Shown here: positions 1 through 12,524 of the stretch, in pieces
How positions within the stretch are numbered: the stretch's first letter is position 1
How the letters are laid out: each line of letters opens with the position of its first letter
Assembly: GCA_951406725.2 (NCBI GenBank)
Contig: OX597817.1
Coordinates: 39,122,001-39,186,000 of the forward strand
Reading direction: 5' to 3'
Length of the DNA: 64,000 nt
Source: Octopus vulgaris
Taxonomy: Eukaryota
The notes under the pieces: model-generated
Told to the model about the DNA's origin: nothing
Seen by the model: only the letters and a program-made list of their open reading frames with translations
Database searches by the model: none
Program-made: the position numbers and the translations under genes

Positions 1-555
1 TGTGTGTGTAAGGAACAAGAGAGGAGTGGAGGGAACCTGTTATTGATTTCCTGATTTCTAATAAAACAAATCTCAATATGTACCAATGAATGTTTTATAT
101 TTTAATTGTAGTCTTTTGACTAATACAAATTATTCCAATAATTTTTTTCTCTTTTTTTCATTTCCCATAGCTGAATGATTTCAACAGAACGGAAGTAACA
201 CAATAGACACAATTGTTACATCCATTTTAATGAGTTATTCATTACTTTTTAATAAAAACCATGTTTTATGCTGCAATGGAAAAATAGACAAAGCTTCTCA
301 AACAAGAACTAGTTTTATGAATAGTTTTTTGTTAGTTCACTAAATTTGGACTTTATAAGATTAAAAGTGGCCCATCTTATGATTGGAAATTGCATTTTAT
401 AAACACCATTGTGATCTTAAAATTACTCTTGCTTATCATTCATAACTACATTGCAATTTTTTTTCATTTTGCTTTTACAGCCTTAGCATGTGTTTGTGTA
501 TTTTGTAACTTTAAAAACATCACTGACATATATCCTTTTGTTTTTCTATTTCAAG

Positions 556-623
556 CTGGTAATCCCGAGGACAAAATCCGTTTATTCATAATTTCTATGA
601 TATGTGGACCACCTATGACTGAT
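556..623 (+). CDS. SCFD1: Internal coding exon of Sec1 family domain-containing protein 1 (Sly1)
   Basis: Pyrimidine tract + AAG acceptor, GTAAGT donor. Encodes (A)GNPEDKIRLFIISMICGPPMTD, matching recalled SCFD1 'AGTPEDKMRLFLIYYI...'. Phase 1 in, phase 0 out. Confidence 0.9.
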
Positions 624-2596
624 GTAAGTATAACACTTTCCTTTTTTTCTTCTTCCTTTAAATGGTGTGAAGAAACTTAAAAAAAGAAAAAAAGTGTCTG
701 CATGTATAATTATGGAATATTTAATAGTCCCTTAACATGTACCTGTGTGAGTCTTTTCTGCCCTCTGGTTAGTTTTAGCCACATGGCTCTGGCCATGCTG
801 GACTACAAACCATTTTGTTATAACTTCAATATAATTTTGTTTTAGCAAGTGTTAATGCCTACATTTATACAATATATGATGGAGTATTTTCATATTGTGG
901 GGATAATTCGAACGTTGCGTATTTAATATTTCTACTTTGTGATATTAATAGTGATAGTTTGGATGAGGTAGTAAGCTGGTGGAATTGTTAGCACACTGGG
1001 CAAAATGCACAGTCGTTTCGTCTGTCTTAACATTCTGTGTTCAAAGTGTGCTAAGGTCGATTTTGTCTTTCATCCTTTTGGAGGTCGATAAAATAAGTAC
1101 CAATTGAGTACTGGGGTCAATATAATCGACTTACCCCCTCCTCTGAAATTGCTGGCCTTGCGCAAAAATTTGAGACCGATAATGATAGTTCGGATGAGAT
1201 ACAAAGTATTTTAAAAACAAAAAGTAAGATTGAGTTATCTCCCATAACGCTGAAGTTTTTTTTTTCGTTTGTTACCAAAGAACAATGTAAATGTAAGCTT
1301 TTAAAACAAACATCAAAATATACTCGCAAGTTATACTTTTATCCACGTTTGTAATATTTACAATTATACTGGTGTGTCATGTTTCTATATTCAAATTACA
1401 TCGTGGGTAGTTTTCAGTCTTTTATAGCTAGTCAAATTTTAGAAAAAGGCTGTAGGGGTGGCAAAATCTGTAGGGTACTGATTATCCTATTTGATTCAAT
1501 GCACCGCTATATTTTCAAATCCTGGTCATAACTATCTTGATTTCTAGGGCTCATAGGGGGCGGTTATCTGCTTTCTATGACATGTATGTGGCAGAGTATT
1601 CCCCTTGAATAGGATTTTGGTTCATCACAGGGTCACTCACACTCAGCTGAGTGGAGTGTAGCCAAGCAAAATGAAATTTTTACTCAAGAACACAATGCAT
1701 CGCCTGGTCTGGCATCAAAAGCATGATATTGCAACTGTGAGTGCATCACCCTAACCACTTGGCCATACACCTTCACCTTTTAGGATGGATAAATAACTGC
1801 TCTCCATGCAACGTTTCCATTAATGTGTAGTACTAAATTTACTCAAATTTTCACGTGGTGCAAATTTATTTTTACCTGTGACAGTATATACTTGTGTATA
1901 TGCTAATCTGAAAATGTTTCAAGATAAATTTGGGGCAATCTATTTCAACATTAGTTTGTTTTTAATGAGGGTTGATGACAATATTACAATTACCTTTAAA
2001 GGAAGAATATTTTAAAGAATTTTAATATACTAAATTTATTGAAAGTAATTTAAGTTCTTAGATTTTCAGGAAAAATAAAAGCCTATTGAAATTTTTATCA
2101 ACTTGTATTAAAATGGAACCAAATTTTAAAAAACTTCTTCCAAAATTCCATTTCTTTTTCTTTAATAAGTTTCCTAAAATACTTCAGTATGCTTTCTTTA
2201 AAAAAATATCTTTTGTGCAAAAGTATGTGTTGTTGTTGGGGGTTTGTCATGTGGATTTTTGTTTCCAACCTCATTTAAATATATTATGACTGCATTTTAT
2301 AAAGTAACATATCTATGATCTTACTCCATGCTTTGAGCTACTTTGATTTAAAACACGTATGAACATTTCTTTTATGTGCTGTGATGTTTAAAGAAACGAA
2401 TACCAGTAATACCTATCAATTCATAGGTTATTCTTATTCAAAGTTGCTGAAAATGGTTAAATCAACACTCATTTATTATGAAGCCACTTGACAAGATATC
2501 CACATGCTTAAGTGAAAATTCTCACACACAGCACCATTTAAAAGGGTTTAGAAAATATATATTACAGTACAAGCAACATACATATTTAATTCACTG

Positions 2597-4573
2597 TCAT
2601 TTTTCCTCTTTCTTTTCTTTGGTATTTACCCATTCTTTGTAAACTCTATCTAGACTAACAGGATTTCCATCTAATTGATAGCTTTTGATTCTCATTAGCA
2701 TATCCAAATGACAGTCATCCAGATGGTTTCTCAGCTTGTTTTTGAGTTGATTCATTATGTTAAAACCTCTTTCACAGTCTGCACTAGATGCTAGAAAAGT
2801 GCCTCCGATATCCATCAATTTTGCAAGGTCACAAAACTGTTCATTTTGAAGTACAAATGTTACCATTTGAGCAAAGTTTGAAATCAGTTTGGATTTAATT
2901 TTTTCCTGCACGGAAAATTTGAAATCATTAAACTGTCTGACAATTACAGTATTTCCAGCTAAGAAGTCCCGATATTTTACACATAAAGCATTAACTTGTT
3001 CATCACCAAAGGTGAACTCGCATCCTACAATTGCAGAGATATCGAAAGCTGACCATTCTTGTACCTCATCTTCAGGAAACCGTTCTTCTAAATGAACACA
3101 AAGATGATTTATAAAAGTCAACAATGAACTTGTATCTACTTTCAAGTTTTCTTCATGCTGTTGGCTTAGCAAAACTTTAACTTTGTTGCTCCACAAGACA
3201 TGGTCTCCCAGATACTGTTTTCTTATCTTGTTAATTTTGCCTCGAGCAAAATGAAGTGAATCGATTGTGGTCAAGCCAGTCTTTTGCAGAATCTTGCACA
3301 ATGCGGTTATTTCCTCAAAGACGTCATTTAAAACCTGTAGAGTTACTTTGTATGTGAGGTTTATCAATTTCTTGTAACAGTATTTAGCTACAGGATCATT
3401 TAACTTTTCTGTCTCAAAATGTATGACCAGTGCTTCATAATTTTCTAATATTGCCTGCAGTGCAAAGTGTCTAGATAACAATCTGGCCTCATTAGGCAGT
3501 CTGAAATTAACAGCTTCATTTTCAGAGGCCTCTGCAATTTCTTTAAATTTGCATCTTGTACCAGTAGATCGGGAACATACAATATAGATTGTTTTCATCA
3601 AAATTTCAATGTCTCTTAATAACTCAACCTCTTCCCATGCATCACCAATGCCTAGATCATCGTGGTGTATTACACAGTGTTGCTGGACTAAGTGTAGAAT
3701 GTCTTGTTTCAGTGTTGTGGCGACACCATTACAACCTAGCATTACTGATCCTCCGTCAGATGCAAACATCACCATTTTATGGAGTGCAAGGTTCATCTCA
3801 TCATAAAACTGTTTGATTGCCAAAGCAATCGAAGCAGCATCACATGCCTGTAGCTGAACTATTCCGCCAAAATAGGTTTTATATACAGTACAATCTTTAG
3901 GTCTGAATTTGAAGTAGAGAACGAAACGTTTGTTGAAAGATATGTCAGCACTTTCATCGATTGTTAATGTGTGATAATCAGCTGAGGCTATTTCTTCAAA
4001 CATGTCTTTCTGAACAATATAGTTGATAGTCTCTAGGAATTCCAAGGCATAATTTTTGCTTTGCCAGTTGTCTGGGAGTTGGACGTATTTTGCCATATGT
4101 TCGTTAATGTGTTGAACGGAATGTAAAGAGTTGTTCATTTTGATAGCTAATAACACATTGTCAATAAGAACTTTGATCTCCTCTGGGTTCGATCGTTTTC
4201 GCTCTCGTTCATCTGCACTCTTGCGTAACATGCGCATCACTCCTGTAAAGGGAAATGACGAGTTTTGTTGTCTGAGCTTTTGAACGCTGTGCAAATGCGA
4301 TTTACTCGTCAAGTGACGTTTCAGAAAGTCAAGTTTCCAAATATCACCCCACTTCTTTCCACTAGCAAATACTCCGGCAACTTTCGCGTCACGACAATAC
4401 AAACAGACGACTCCAATTTCCGAATCGTACACAAAGATTTCTCGTAACTGAACGTGCATGACCTCGTGACCTTTCGGTGTAACTGTTTCTACGATTTTAT
4501 TAAGCCATTCATCTTTAAACAAACTTGCAGTTCTTTTGCGCTTTACGCCTTTCTCTTCTTTTGTATCCGACAT
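2597..4573 (-). CDS. hAT-superfamily transposase-derived protein, ZNF862/C17orf113-like (658 aa, intronless)
   Basis: Uninterrupted ORF. N-terminal CxxC...HxxxxxH zinc finger (CLYC...KRHLTSKSH), catalytic-type motifs TIDESAD and FASDGG, CxxH motif HCVIH, and C-terminal hAT dimerisation region SSADCERGF. Confidence 0.9.
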   Translation of the reverse strand: MSDTKEEKGVKRKRTASLFKDEWLNKIVETVTPKGHEVMHVQLREIFVYDSEIGVVCLYCRDAKVAGVFASGKKWGDIWKLDFLKRHLTSKSHLHSVQKLRQQNSSFPFTGVMRMLRKSADERERKRSNPEEIKVLIDNVLLAIKMNNSLHSVQHINEHMAKYVQLPDNWQSKNYALEFLETINYIVQKDMFEEIASADYHTLTIDESADISFNKRFVLYFKFRPKDCTVYKTYFGGIVQLQACDAASIALAIKQFYDEMNLALHKMVMFASDGGSVMLGCNGVATTLKQDILHLVQQHCVIHHDDLGIGDAWEEVELLRDIEILMKTIYIVCSRSTGTRCKFKEIAEASENEAVNFRLPNEARLLSRHFALQAILENYEALVIHFETEKLNDPVAKYCYKKLINLTYKVTLQVLNDVFEEITALCKILQKTGLTTIDSLHFARGKINKIRKQYLGDHVLWSNKVKVLLSQQHEENLKVDTSSLLTFINHLCVHLEERFPEDEVQEWSAFDISAIVGCEFTFGDEQVNALCVKYRDFLAGNTVIVRQFNDFKFSVQEKIKSKLISNFAQMVTFVLQNEQFCDLAKLMDIGGTFLASSADCERGFNIMNQLKNKLRNHLDDCHLDMLMRIKSYQLDGNPVSLDRVYKEWVNTKEKKEEK

Positions 4574-4630
4574 AGTGAACCAATATTCTTTTGGTATAAA
4601 AATTAAGCTATCGGCAGAATTGGAAACATC

Positions 4631-4962
4631 GAATTAGAAACGGCGAGCTGGCAGAAACGTTAGCACGCCGGGCGAAATGCTTAGCGGTATTTCGTCTGCC
4701 GCTACGTTCTGAGTTCAAATTCCGCCGAGGTCGACTTTGCCTTTCATCTTTCGGAGTCGATTAAATAAGTACCAGTTACGCACTGGGATCGATATAATCG
4801 ACTTAATCCGTTTGTCTGTCCTTGTTTGTCCTCTCTGTGTTTAGCCCCTTGTGGGTAGTAAAGAAATAGGTATTTCGTCTGCCGCAACGTTCTGAGTTCA
4901 AATTCGGCCGAGGTTGACTTTATCCCCTCTATGTTTAGCCCCTTGTCAGCAATAAAGAAATA
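4631..4962 (+). mobile_element. tRNA-derived SINE (family 'ggcgagctggcagaaacgttagc') with internal partial duplication and a 15-bp TSD
   Basis: agaattggaaacatc at 4616-4630 and 4963-4977. Related copies at about 963-1180(+), 9776-9970(-), 15285-15520(-), 16259-16491(+), 35584-35816(+), 45588-46060(+, two), 46535-46746(+), 55557-55787(+). Confidence 0.85.
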
Positions 4963-4979
4963 AGAATTGGAAACATCTC

Positions 4980-5950
4980 CGGATCTTCCTAAACTTCACG
5001 ATTGTCCATAAAACATGAATGGCTCAGCCGTGTTGCTGCCGAAAAAACCAGAACAGGAGTCGTAGATTTTGGTTGTGCAAAAACCGTTTGAAAAACCGAC
5101 GAACAACTTTAAAGACACACTTAACTAAAGGTTTATTTTCAATAAGTATAATTGCTAATTAATATATTTTAGGCAACTAACCTTTTAGTGCATATTAATT
5201 TCTTTTGTGCGCTAGATGCAAAACGTGTGCGCACGTGCACATGCATACAGCTAAGCGGGAACAGTGCGCTAGTTGTAAAACTTATGTGCGCGCGCACATG
5301 CGCACAGCCAAGCAGTAATAGTGCGCTCGATTGTGCAATAATTAAAGGGGGATAACTTAGCTTTCTCACAAGTAGAATTTTAGTGATGTTCACAAGGATA
5401 TTTATACTGCTCTCTTATTTATATATTTCGATTATATTGGAAGAGTCATGACAGTCATTTGAAGTCTACATATACCGAGCATAACTATAGTTTGGTGCCT
5501 TCCCCGTCCAACTTTCATATTTCACCACGTTCTTTAAAATGCAGATTTTTTTTAAAACAAAATTTTGTAGAGAAACATTTTCGAGAATGTAGTTTTACGA
5601 TTATGATGATAATAATAATACTTTTTATGGTAGATCCCCAGATCACTCCGAAAGCTTTTTTCGGCAGTATTTAATTTAAAAAAACAAACATTTTAAACAA
5701 TTACGACGAAAGTCGTATGAATGTAAATGGTTCGAAACTCCGCTGAAAAATCTATAATTCTATCAACATCGTCGTCTTATAAATTCAAAAACTTATCACC
5801 GCAAAATTAAAAAGTAATTTTAAGAAAGTTATGAAGAGGCAGAGTCGTGGGGCACTAAACTGTAGATATGCCTATATTATAGATTACTTTTATTTCGCGA
5901 TAGTATATTTTCGTGTCAAGTTTTTGTCGCTCGTCATTGATCCTGGTTAC
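4980..5950 (-). promoter_or_regulatory. CpG-enriched putative promoter/5' UTR region of the hAT-derived gene
   Basis: Visibly more CpGs than the CpG-poor window. Contains TTTCGCGA and GCGCACATGCGCA motifs, and a good minus-strand acceptor (ttctggttttttcggcAG) ahead of position 5035. Confidence 0.4.
5205..5335. repeat. Two degenerate ~57-bp tandem copies resembling a hAT terminal/subterminal end
   Basis: gtgcgctag...gtgcgcacgtgcacatgcatacagctaagcgggaacagtg is followed by a second degenerate copy. It resembles, from memory, hAT ends of the form ...GCGCACAGCTTAGAGGGAACA(C/T)TG. Confidence 0.5.
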
Positions 5951-7149
5951 TAACTTAATTACACTAGTATTGATAATCTTTTATTTTACTCAACCCCTTC
6001 CCTGAATAATGTGTAGAGGATTAATCCAACTACAGGTTCGGGGTTTAGCCCCACTTCGTGGCACCTTGAGCAAGTGTCTCCTATATCCTTGGGTCGACCA
6101 AACCTTTGTGAGTGGATTTGATTGGCGGAAACTGAAAGAAACTTGTGTGTGTCTTTGCCTGTGTTTGTCCCCCAACCACCGCTTGACAACCGGTGCTGGT
6201 GTGTTTACGTCCCTATAACTTAGCCGTTCGGCAAAAGAAATCAATAGATTAAGTACCATGCTTTTATAAAATAATAGAAACCTTGCCAAAACTGAAACCC
6301 TGCAGCACAATGCAGTCCCTTGGACCCATCAGATCCTGTGAAACTGTACAATTCATGCTAGCATGGAACGTGATGATGTAATTATTATCATCATAGTTTT
6401 AAATTCTGTTTTTCTCTGTTGTTGTTTGCTGTGCAGTTTGGTATATCACTATTTTCTGTGATACTACATATTGTATGCAATATAATGTGTACACACACAC
6501 ACACATACGCACACACACGCTCAAACCCGCGCGCACGCACGCACACATTCATTTACTCACTCGCATGCACGCACGCATGTATGTTCACTCACTCAATCAC
6601 ACGTATGCAGCCATTCATGCATAAGTATTTATGCTATCCATTCTTTTACTGTTTTACTAATTCAGTTCACTTGGTTGTGGCTTTGCTGGAGCTGTTTGAC
6701 CTTTTTTTAGTCTTTGATGTTTAACAATAGGCGATCATCAATTTGTGTGTTGTGTTACACAGAGAGAGAGGGTGGGGTGGGGGAGAACTTTGATTCATTT
6801 CATGTTGATCTACATAAAGATTAATGCTTTTCTTATCTAAAAGTAATTTTGTGTTGCTATTGATGGAGCTAACTTTGTGTTGTTGAAGTGCAAGGTAAAG
6901 AATATTGATGTGTTTTGGCATGTTAGCTGTAAGTGAAAATTCCTCTACAGAATGCAAAGATTATTATATATATATGTGTATATATATATAACATAAAATT
7001 TTTCTACTTAGAATGATTTATTTTTACAAGTCTGGACATGAAAGCAACATGCTTGACAATCAAATATCTAGAAATAGTAATGAATTTAAGATTGCAATTT
7101 GTAATTAGACATTCTAGATTGCAAGGGATCATACCAAATTATAAATTGA

Positions 7150-7600
7150 TTCATTCTTCAAGACCAGAAAATACTTCAACAATTATTAACACTCTATAAA
7201 ACCTGATTGAGGGCTACCATGGAGTGTTCCTCTCACTCATGGAAAGGTGATGCTACTGCACATACTGGTATCCTACACTGTATCCAGAAAAGAGCCAGTT
7301 GAATGATTGACTTAGTCACTCACAGAGGGACTCCAGCCTCCCTTTTCTACACATACTATAATGACCTCTACTCTTGAGCTAGCTGGGTTGATACCACCTC
7401 CACTCAAGCATTCCTGATCCACTCCTCTCTTCTCTCATAACCCTTGTTATGTCCAAGTCCTCAGATCATATACTAATCGCTACATCCGGTCTGTCCTGCT
7501 CAGAAATCAATCCTCCAGAATTCTGTTCCTGCTGATGGCTATCCCTCAGGTGTTGACTTACAAGAGTTCAAGTGAAGCATCAGTGGCATTAATCACTCTG
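7150..7600 (+). mobile_element. Highly decayed LINE reverse-transcriptase C-terminal fragment
   Basis: LYKT*LRATMECSSHSW resembles the LYKxxIRPxMEYCSHxW motif. Stops and frameshifts present. Confidence 0.5.
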
Positions 7601-10336
7601 ATCTCAGAAGACCTGTGACAGCTATAGATATGCCCCTTCCCTCAGACGCAACAAACCCCCAAAACATGATGGTGGACCGGGGTTCAGCTTCAATATCATC
7701 ATCATCATTTAATGTCTGTCTTCCATGCTGACATGAGTTGGATGGTTTGACTGAAAACTGCTAAGCTGGGGAGGTGCACCAGTTTCCAATCTGATTTGGC
7801 ATGGTTTCTACAGCTAGATGCCCTTCCTAACGCCAACCACTCCAAGAATGTAGTGGGTGCTTTTTACATACCATTGGCATGGGTGCCAGTTACAAAACAC
7901 TGGCGTTGGCCATGACTATGATCTCATTTGGCTTCACAGGTCTTCTTAAGCATGGTGTATCACCAAAGGTTTCAGTCACTTGTCACTGCCTCTGTGAGGT
8001 CCAACATCTGAAGGGTACTTTTTACATGCCACCAGCATGGGTGCCATCATAATTTAATGTCTGTCTTCTGTGTTGGCCTGGTTTGACAGGAGTTGATGAG
8101 CCAGAGGACTGCATCGAGCTCCACTGTCTGGTTTCTATGACTGGATGGCCTTTCTAATGCCAATCACTTTACAGAGTGGGCTAGGTGCTTTTTGCTTGGC
8201 ACCAACACTAGCTAGATCTGTTTGGTATTGTTTTTACAGTTGGATGCCCTTCCTAATGCCAGCCACTTTACAGAATGGACAAGGCTCTTCTCACGTGGCA
8301 CAGGAAATGTAGGATGCAAGTCAGAAAGTTAATGTATTGATTTTTGAGCTTATAAAGTTAAAGTTTTATGAATGGTTGGACTTTGTATAAAGTTAGAATG
8401 TTTCTATATGGTTTCAGGGTAAGCTGAAAACTAAATTTTCTTATTCCAGTTTTCTGAAATTTTTCTTTTAATGATGGTAGTTGTTGGTGTGATAGCTGCA
8501 ACTCCGACATCTTTTGTCATTTACTTGTTCCAAACATTGGACTATGGCCATTCTGGGGCACTACTTTGAAGGGTTTTAGTTGACCAAATCGATCCCAGTA
8601 CTTATTTTTAAAGTCTGATACTTTTTCTATTAGTCTTATTTGCCAAACTGTTAAGTTACAGGGATGTAAACAAGCTAACATTGGTTCTCTCTCTCTCTCT
8701 CACACACACACACACTCACACACAATGGGCTTTCATACAATATCCATCTACCAAATTCCTTTACAAGGCTTCATTGGCCCAGGGCTATAATAAAAGGCAT
8801 CGCTCAGTGGGACTGAACCTGAAACCACATGGTTAGCAAAGCAAGCTCCTTAACCATTCAACCATGCCTATGCCTACATAAATGGAAATAAAATAATTTC
8901 TGAAATGAGTGTTCCAGACTTTAGATTTTTAGTTTGAAATTTCTTCATTTAAACTTCTAATTAGTAAGTCTTTATTTCACAACAACTTCAGGATGTATTT
9001 GAGTATATTGCTTGTGATTATTTTCAGTTATACTTCCTCTGTTATGGTCACAGTCTTTCTGTAATTTTCATCTTTTGAATGGAGATGGTCTCTTAAGTAT
9101 GAAAAAATAATTATGCCATAGAATAGTGATGAGCCATGAGTCCTCTCCTAATTTTCTATCCTGTTTTGCCAGGATTACATTTTATCCATTGATAACAACC
9201 TGATAATGTCATGCTTTAAACACTATATTTTACTTCCTTAGATCTTCTACTTCTCATAGCTGCCATTGTTGCCCTTTATGGCACAAGTCAATGTTGTATC
9301 TTTGAAGATGTGAATGTTGGTCTTGGGAAAACAAAGCAATACCCGTAATGCATTTTCCCAGCAATTTCTCTCTGGCACTTGATTAGTGTGAGCTTAACAT
9401 ATCAGATTGTCCTATGGCTATACAACAATAACCACAAACCCATCTGATTCTGATTGGGAAAACCTATAACCCCAGACATTCTACTTGTGGCCATCCCGAT
9501 TTTTTTGAATTCTGTAAGACTACATTATTTAATATGCCCTTCTCTTATTTATGATGGTAGGGAGTGATTTGAGATTAGGTTTGGCAGCTATTTCTTGCAG
9601 ATTCAGCAACTACATTGGGTTGTGGTTCTCAGATTGGCAAATACTTAACTTCTACTGAATACATTAAAGGTTTTTGGTCCTCCTTATTAATAATGAGAAT
9701 ACAGAATAGTTTCTGTCCATATAGTTCTTCTTCTCCCTTGTCCAACTTGTGTCAGACAAATTTAAAAAGTTTATAACCTATTTCTTTACTACCCATAAGG
9801 GGCTAAACACAGAGAGGACAGACAAACAGTGTGTAATTGGTACTTATTTAATAGACCCCGAAAGGATGAAAGGCAAAGTCGACCTCAGCGGAATTTGAAC
9901 TCAGAACGTAATGGCAGATGAAATACTGCTAAGCATTTTGCCCGGCGTGTTAATGATTCTGCCAGCTCACCAACCATTTAAATTTTATGAAATTAATGCT
10001 CACACCCCACCGCCCTCGAGGCAGACCTCATCTTCTCTTCAGTGTGAACTACTGACATAAAGTCTTTGTTGGCTTATAGTTGGATGTGAACAATATGTAG
10101 TAACACCTTGTCTGCCATACAATAGCTAGTTGTACCAGGTTGCAATATTGATCAGACAATTACAATTTAGAATCTCCTTTACACTATCCAATGCATTCAC
10201 CAGCATATGTCTCTTATACATTAACAACCATTTGAACAAGGCCAGAGTAAGATTAAATATTGTATATAATACAGCTGTTAATATATCTCCTATGTATAAG
10301 ACACTAACTTAGAAGAGAAATAATTTACAATATGTA

Positions 10337-10760
10337 GTGATCGTTATTAGTGTCGCCTTACTGGCACTTGTGCCCATGCTAGTAGGGTGCCAAGAGCACC
10401 ATCCGAGCGTGATCGTTGCCAGAGCAGCCGACTGGCTTCCATGCCAGTGGCACGTAAAAGGGCACCACTTGAGCGTGATCATTACCAATGTCACCTTACT
10501 GGCACCTGTGTCGGTGGCATGTGTAAAAAGATTCGAGCGAGGTCATTGCCAGTACCGCCTGACTGTCCCCCATGTCGGTGGCATGTAAAAAGCATCCACT
10601 ACACTCTCGGAGTTGTTGGCATTAGGAAGGGCATTCAGCTGTAGAAACTCTGCCAGATCAAGATTAGAGCCTGGTGCAGCCTCCTGGTTCACCAGCCCTC
10701 AATCAAAATCGTCCAACCCATGCTAGCATGGAAAATGGACGTTAAACGATGATGATGATG
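10337..10760 (+). mobile_element. Retroposon with an RTE-like 3' end and (GAT)n tail, internal ggcacgtaaaaagcacc subrepeats
   Basis: Related copies at about 7698-8047(-), 30198-30441(-), 47815-48115(+), 54090-54338(+), 60390-60768(+). Confidence 0.75.
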
Positions 10761-12524
10761 TGTTGATGTAGTTGTGTAGTTTATTTCCCAACCACTTGCT
10801 TCCTGGTTCAGTCCTACTGTATGACACAATCCCAGGTCAAGTAAAGCCTTGTTGATGGAACCTGAAAGAAACCTGTTGTGTATATGTACAAGTCAGTGTC
10901 TCCTTTCTTGTCATCACATGATTGTTGTAAATGAATGTTACTGTTGTACAATCAGTGTCATTCTTTTCCAATTTTCCATGAAAACATTTCTGACCTTGGG
11001 GTAATAATATTTTACTTAGAAACAGGTGATGGTTGACAACAGGAAGTGGACGTGGCTGTAGAAAATCTACTGCAGTTCTATCTGACTCATACAAGCATGG
11101 AAAAGTAGAAGTCAAAATGATGTATAGATTGGAACATTTTTATTCTATTTTGGTTTTTGTTATATAAAGTGTGTTTATTCTTGTTTGAGTAAACCAACCT
11201 CTTTGCCTTTTTTTTGCTTTGAATATTACTAAAGCTAAGTTGGTGGCCTAGAGATAGATTGTTATTTTTATGGTTGTTAATATGAGAAGAAAAAAAAAAC
11301 ATGCTCTTTGCACAGTTGGTAGTACTGTATAATACTGTAGTTAATGAGGTGTATCTGAAATATTGTTATTTCTACAAATAAATATCAAAAGTGTTTGCTG
11401 ACCTGATCACATTTCAACTTGTTCAAGCTGAGTTGAAAGACAGAATGAAAAAGATCTGGCCAAAGCATTAACTACAAGTTCTATTCAGATAGTCAACATC
11501 ACCAGTTGTTTGATGATTGGTTGGTTTGCTATTTGATATGGATTTGTCCAAATGCTGGTGGTTTTCTCTAATTGCAATTGAAGTTTGCAGTGTAAAACCT
11601 ACCAATGCTTTTGGTGATTCAGCTATTGAGATGTTGTTTTGTTAATCATTTCCTGTTCTTACAATGTATCCCAGACATGTAGACAATTTTGTCTTTCTTC
11701 TAATTCTATATTAGGTTGAGACCCCCCCCCTTTTTTTTAAAATTCTATTTTTTTTTCTATTCTTAATCTACTAATGTTCTATGACCGCCCCTCCACTCAC
11801 ATTCTGTGAATGTCTTCCAGACTGCAATTAATTTCCAGCTTTAATGAAATGTCTCACTTCATAAAATGTTTAAATAAGTCACAGGTTATGTCATGCTGAA
11901 GATTCTAAAAAGAATGAAATAGTACTGCACATAATTACTAACAATGATACATTTTAAGAATTTCATATTAGGTAAATGAAAAAAGATTAATATGTGAATT
12001 ACATGCATCTTCTTCCTTGTAATTCCTTAATTTCAAGTTTATAATCTTACTTCATATCGTGATAAAATGATTCTCTCTCTCTCTCTCTCTTGCAAATAGC
12101 TAGTAACTGTTAGTGGCTCATGCGTACTATTTGTTAACTATTTTGTTTAGACTGTTTTTTCATTTTTCCTGACTTCTTTTTAATACTATTTAAATTTTTT
12201 TTATATGAAATACATTTGAAATATAAGTGAAGTAGGTTTTTGAACTAGTATGGTTATGATATAGATTTATTATTGCGTATTTTTTTTTCTCACTATTATG
12301 TGATTCTCTAAAGAAACAGATAAAGAGGTAATTTTATACGTGTTCAGACCACAGATGGCCACTACAATAGAATAAGAATATATTGACAGTCAGATCTTTA
12401 GTGTAAGCTGCTGCATAATGTAAATTGAGATCAGTGTTTTTAAGATTCACATGAATGATCTTTACAGCATTACATGTAAACATCATATGTGACTGTGTAT
12501 ATGTACACATTTGCAACTATCATG

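Noticed and set aside
390-680. 96-aa ORF as a standalone gene
   Set aside because: Only 556-623 is coding (SCFD1 exon); the rest is intron read-through.
2300-2596. Second TIR/TSD of the hAT element
   Set aside because: No inverted match to the 5205-5335 terminus-like sequence was found by eye.
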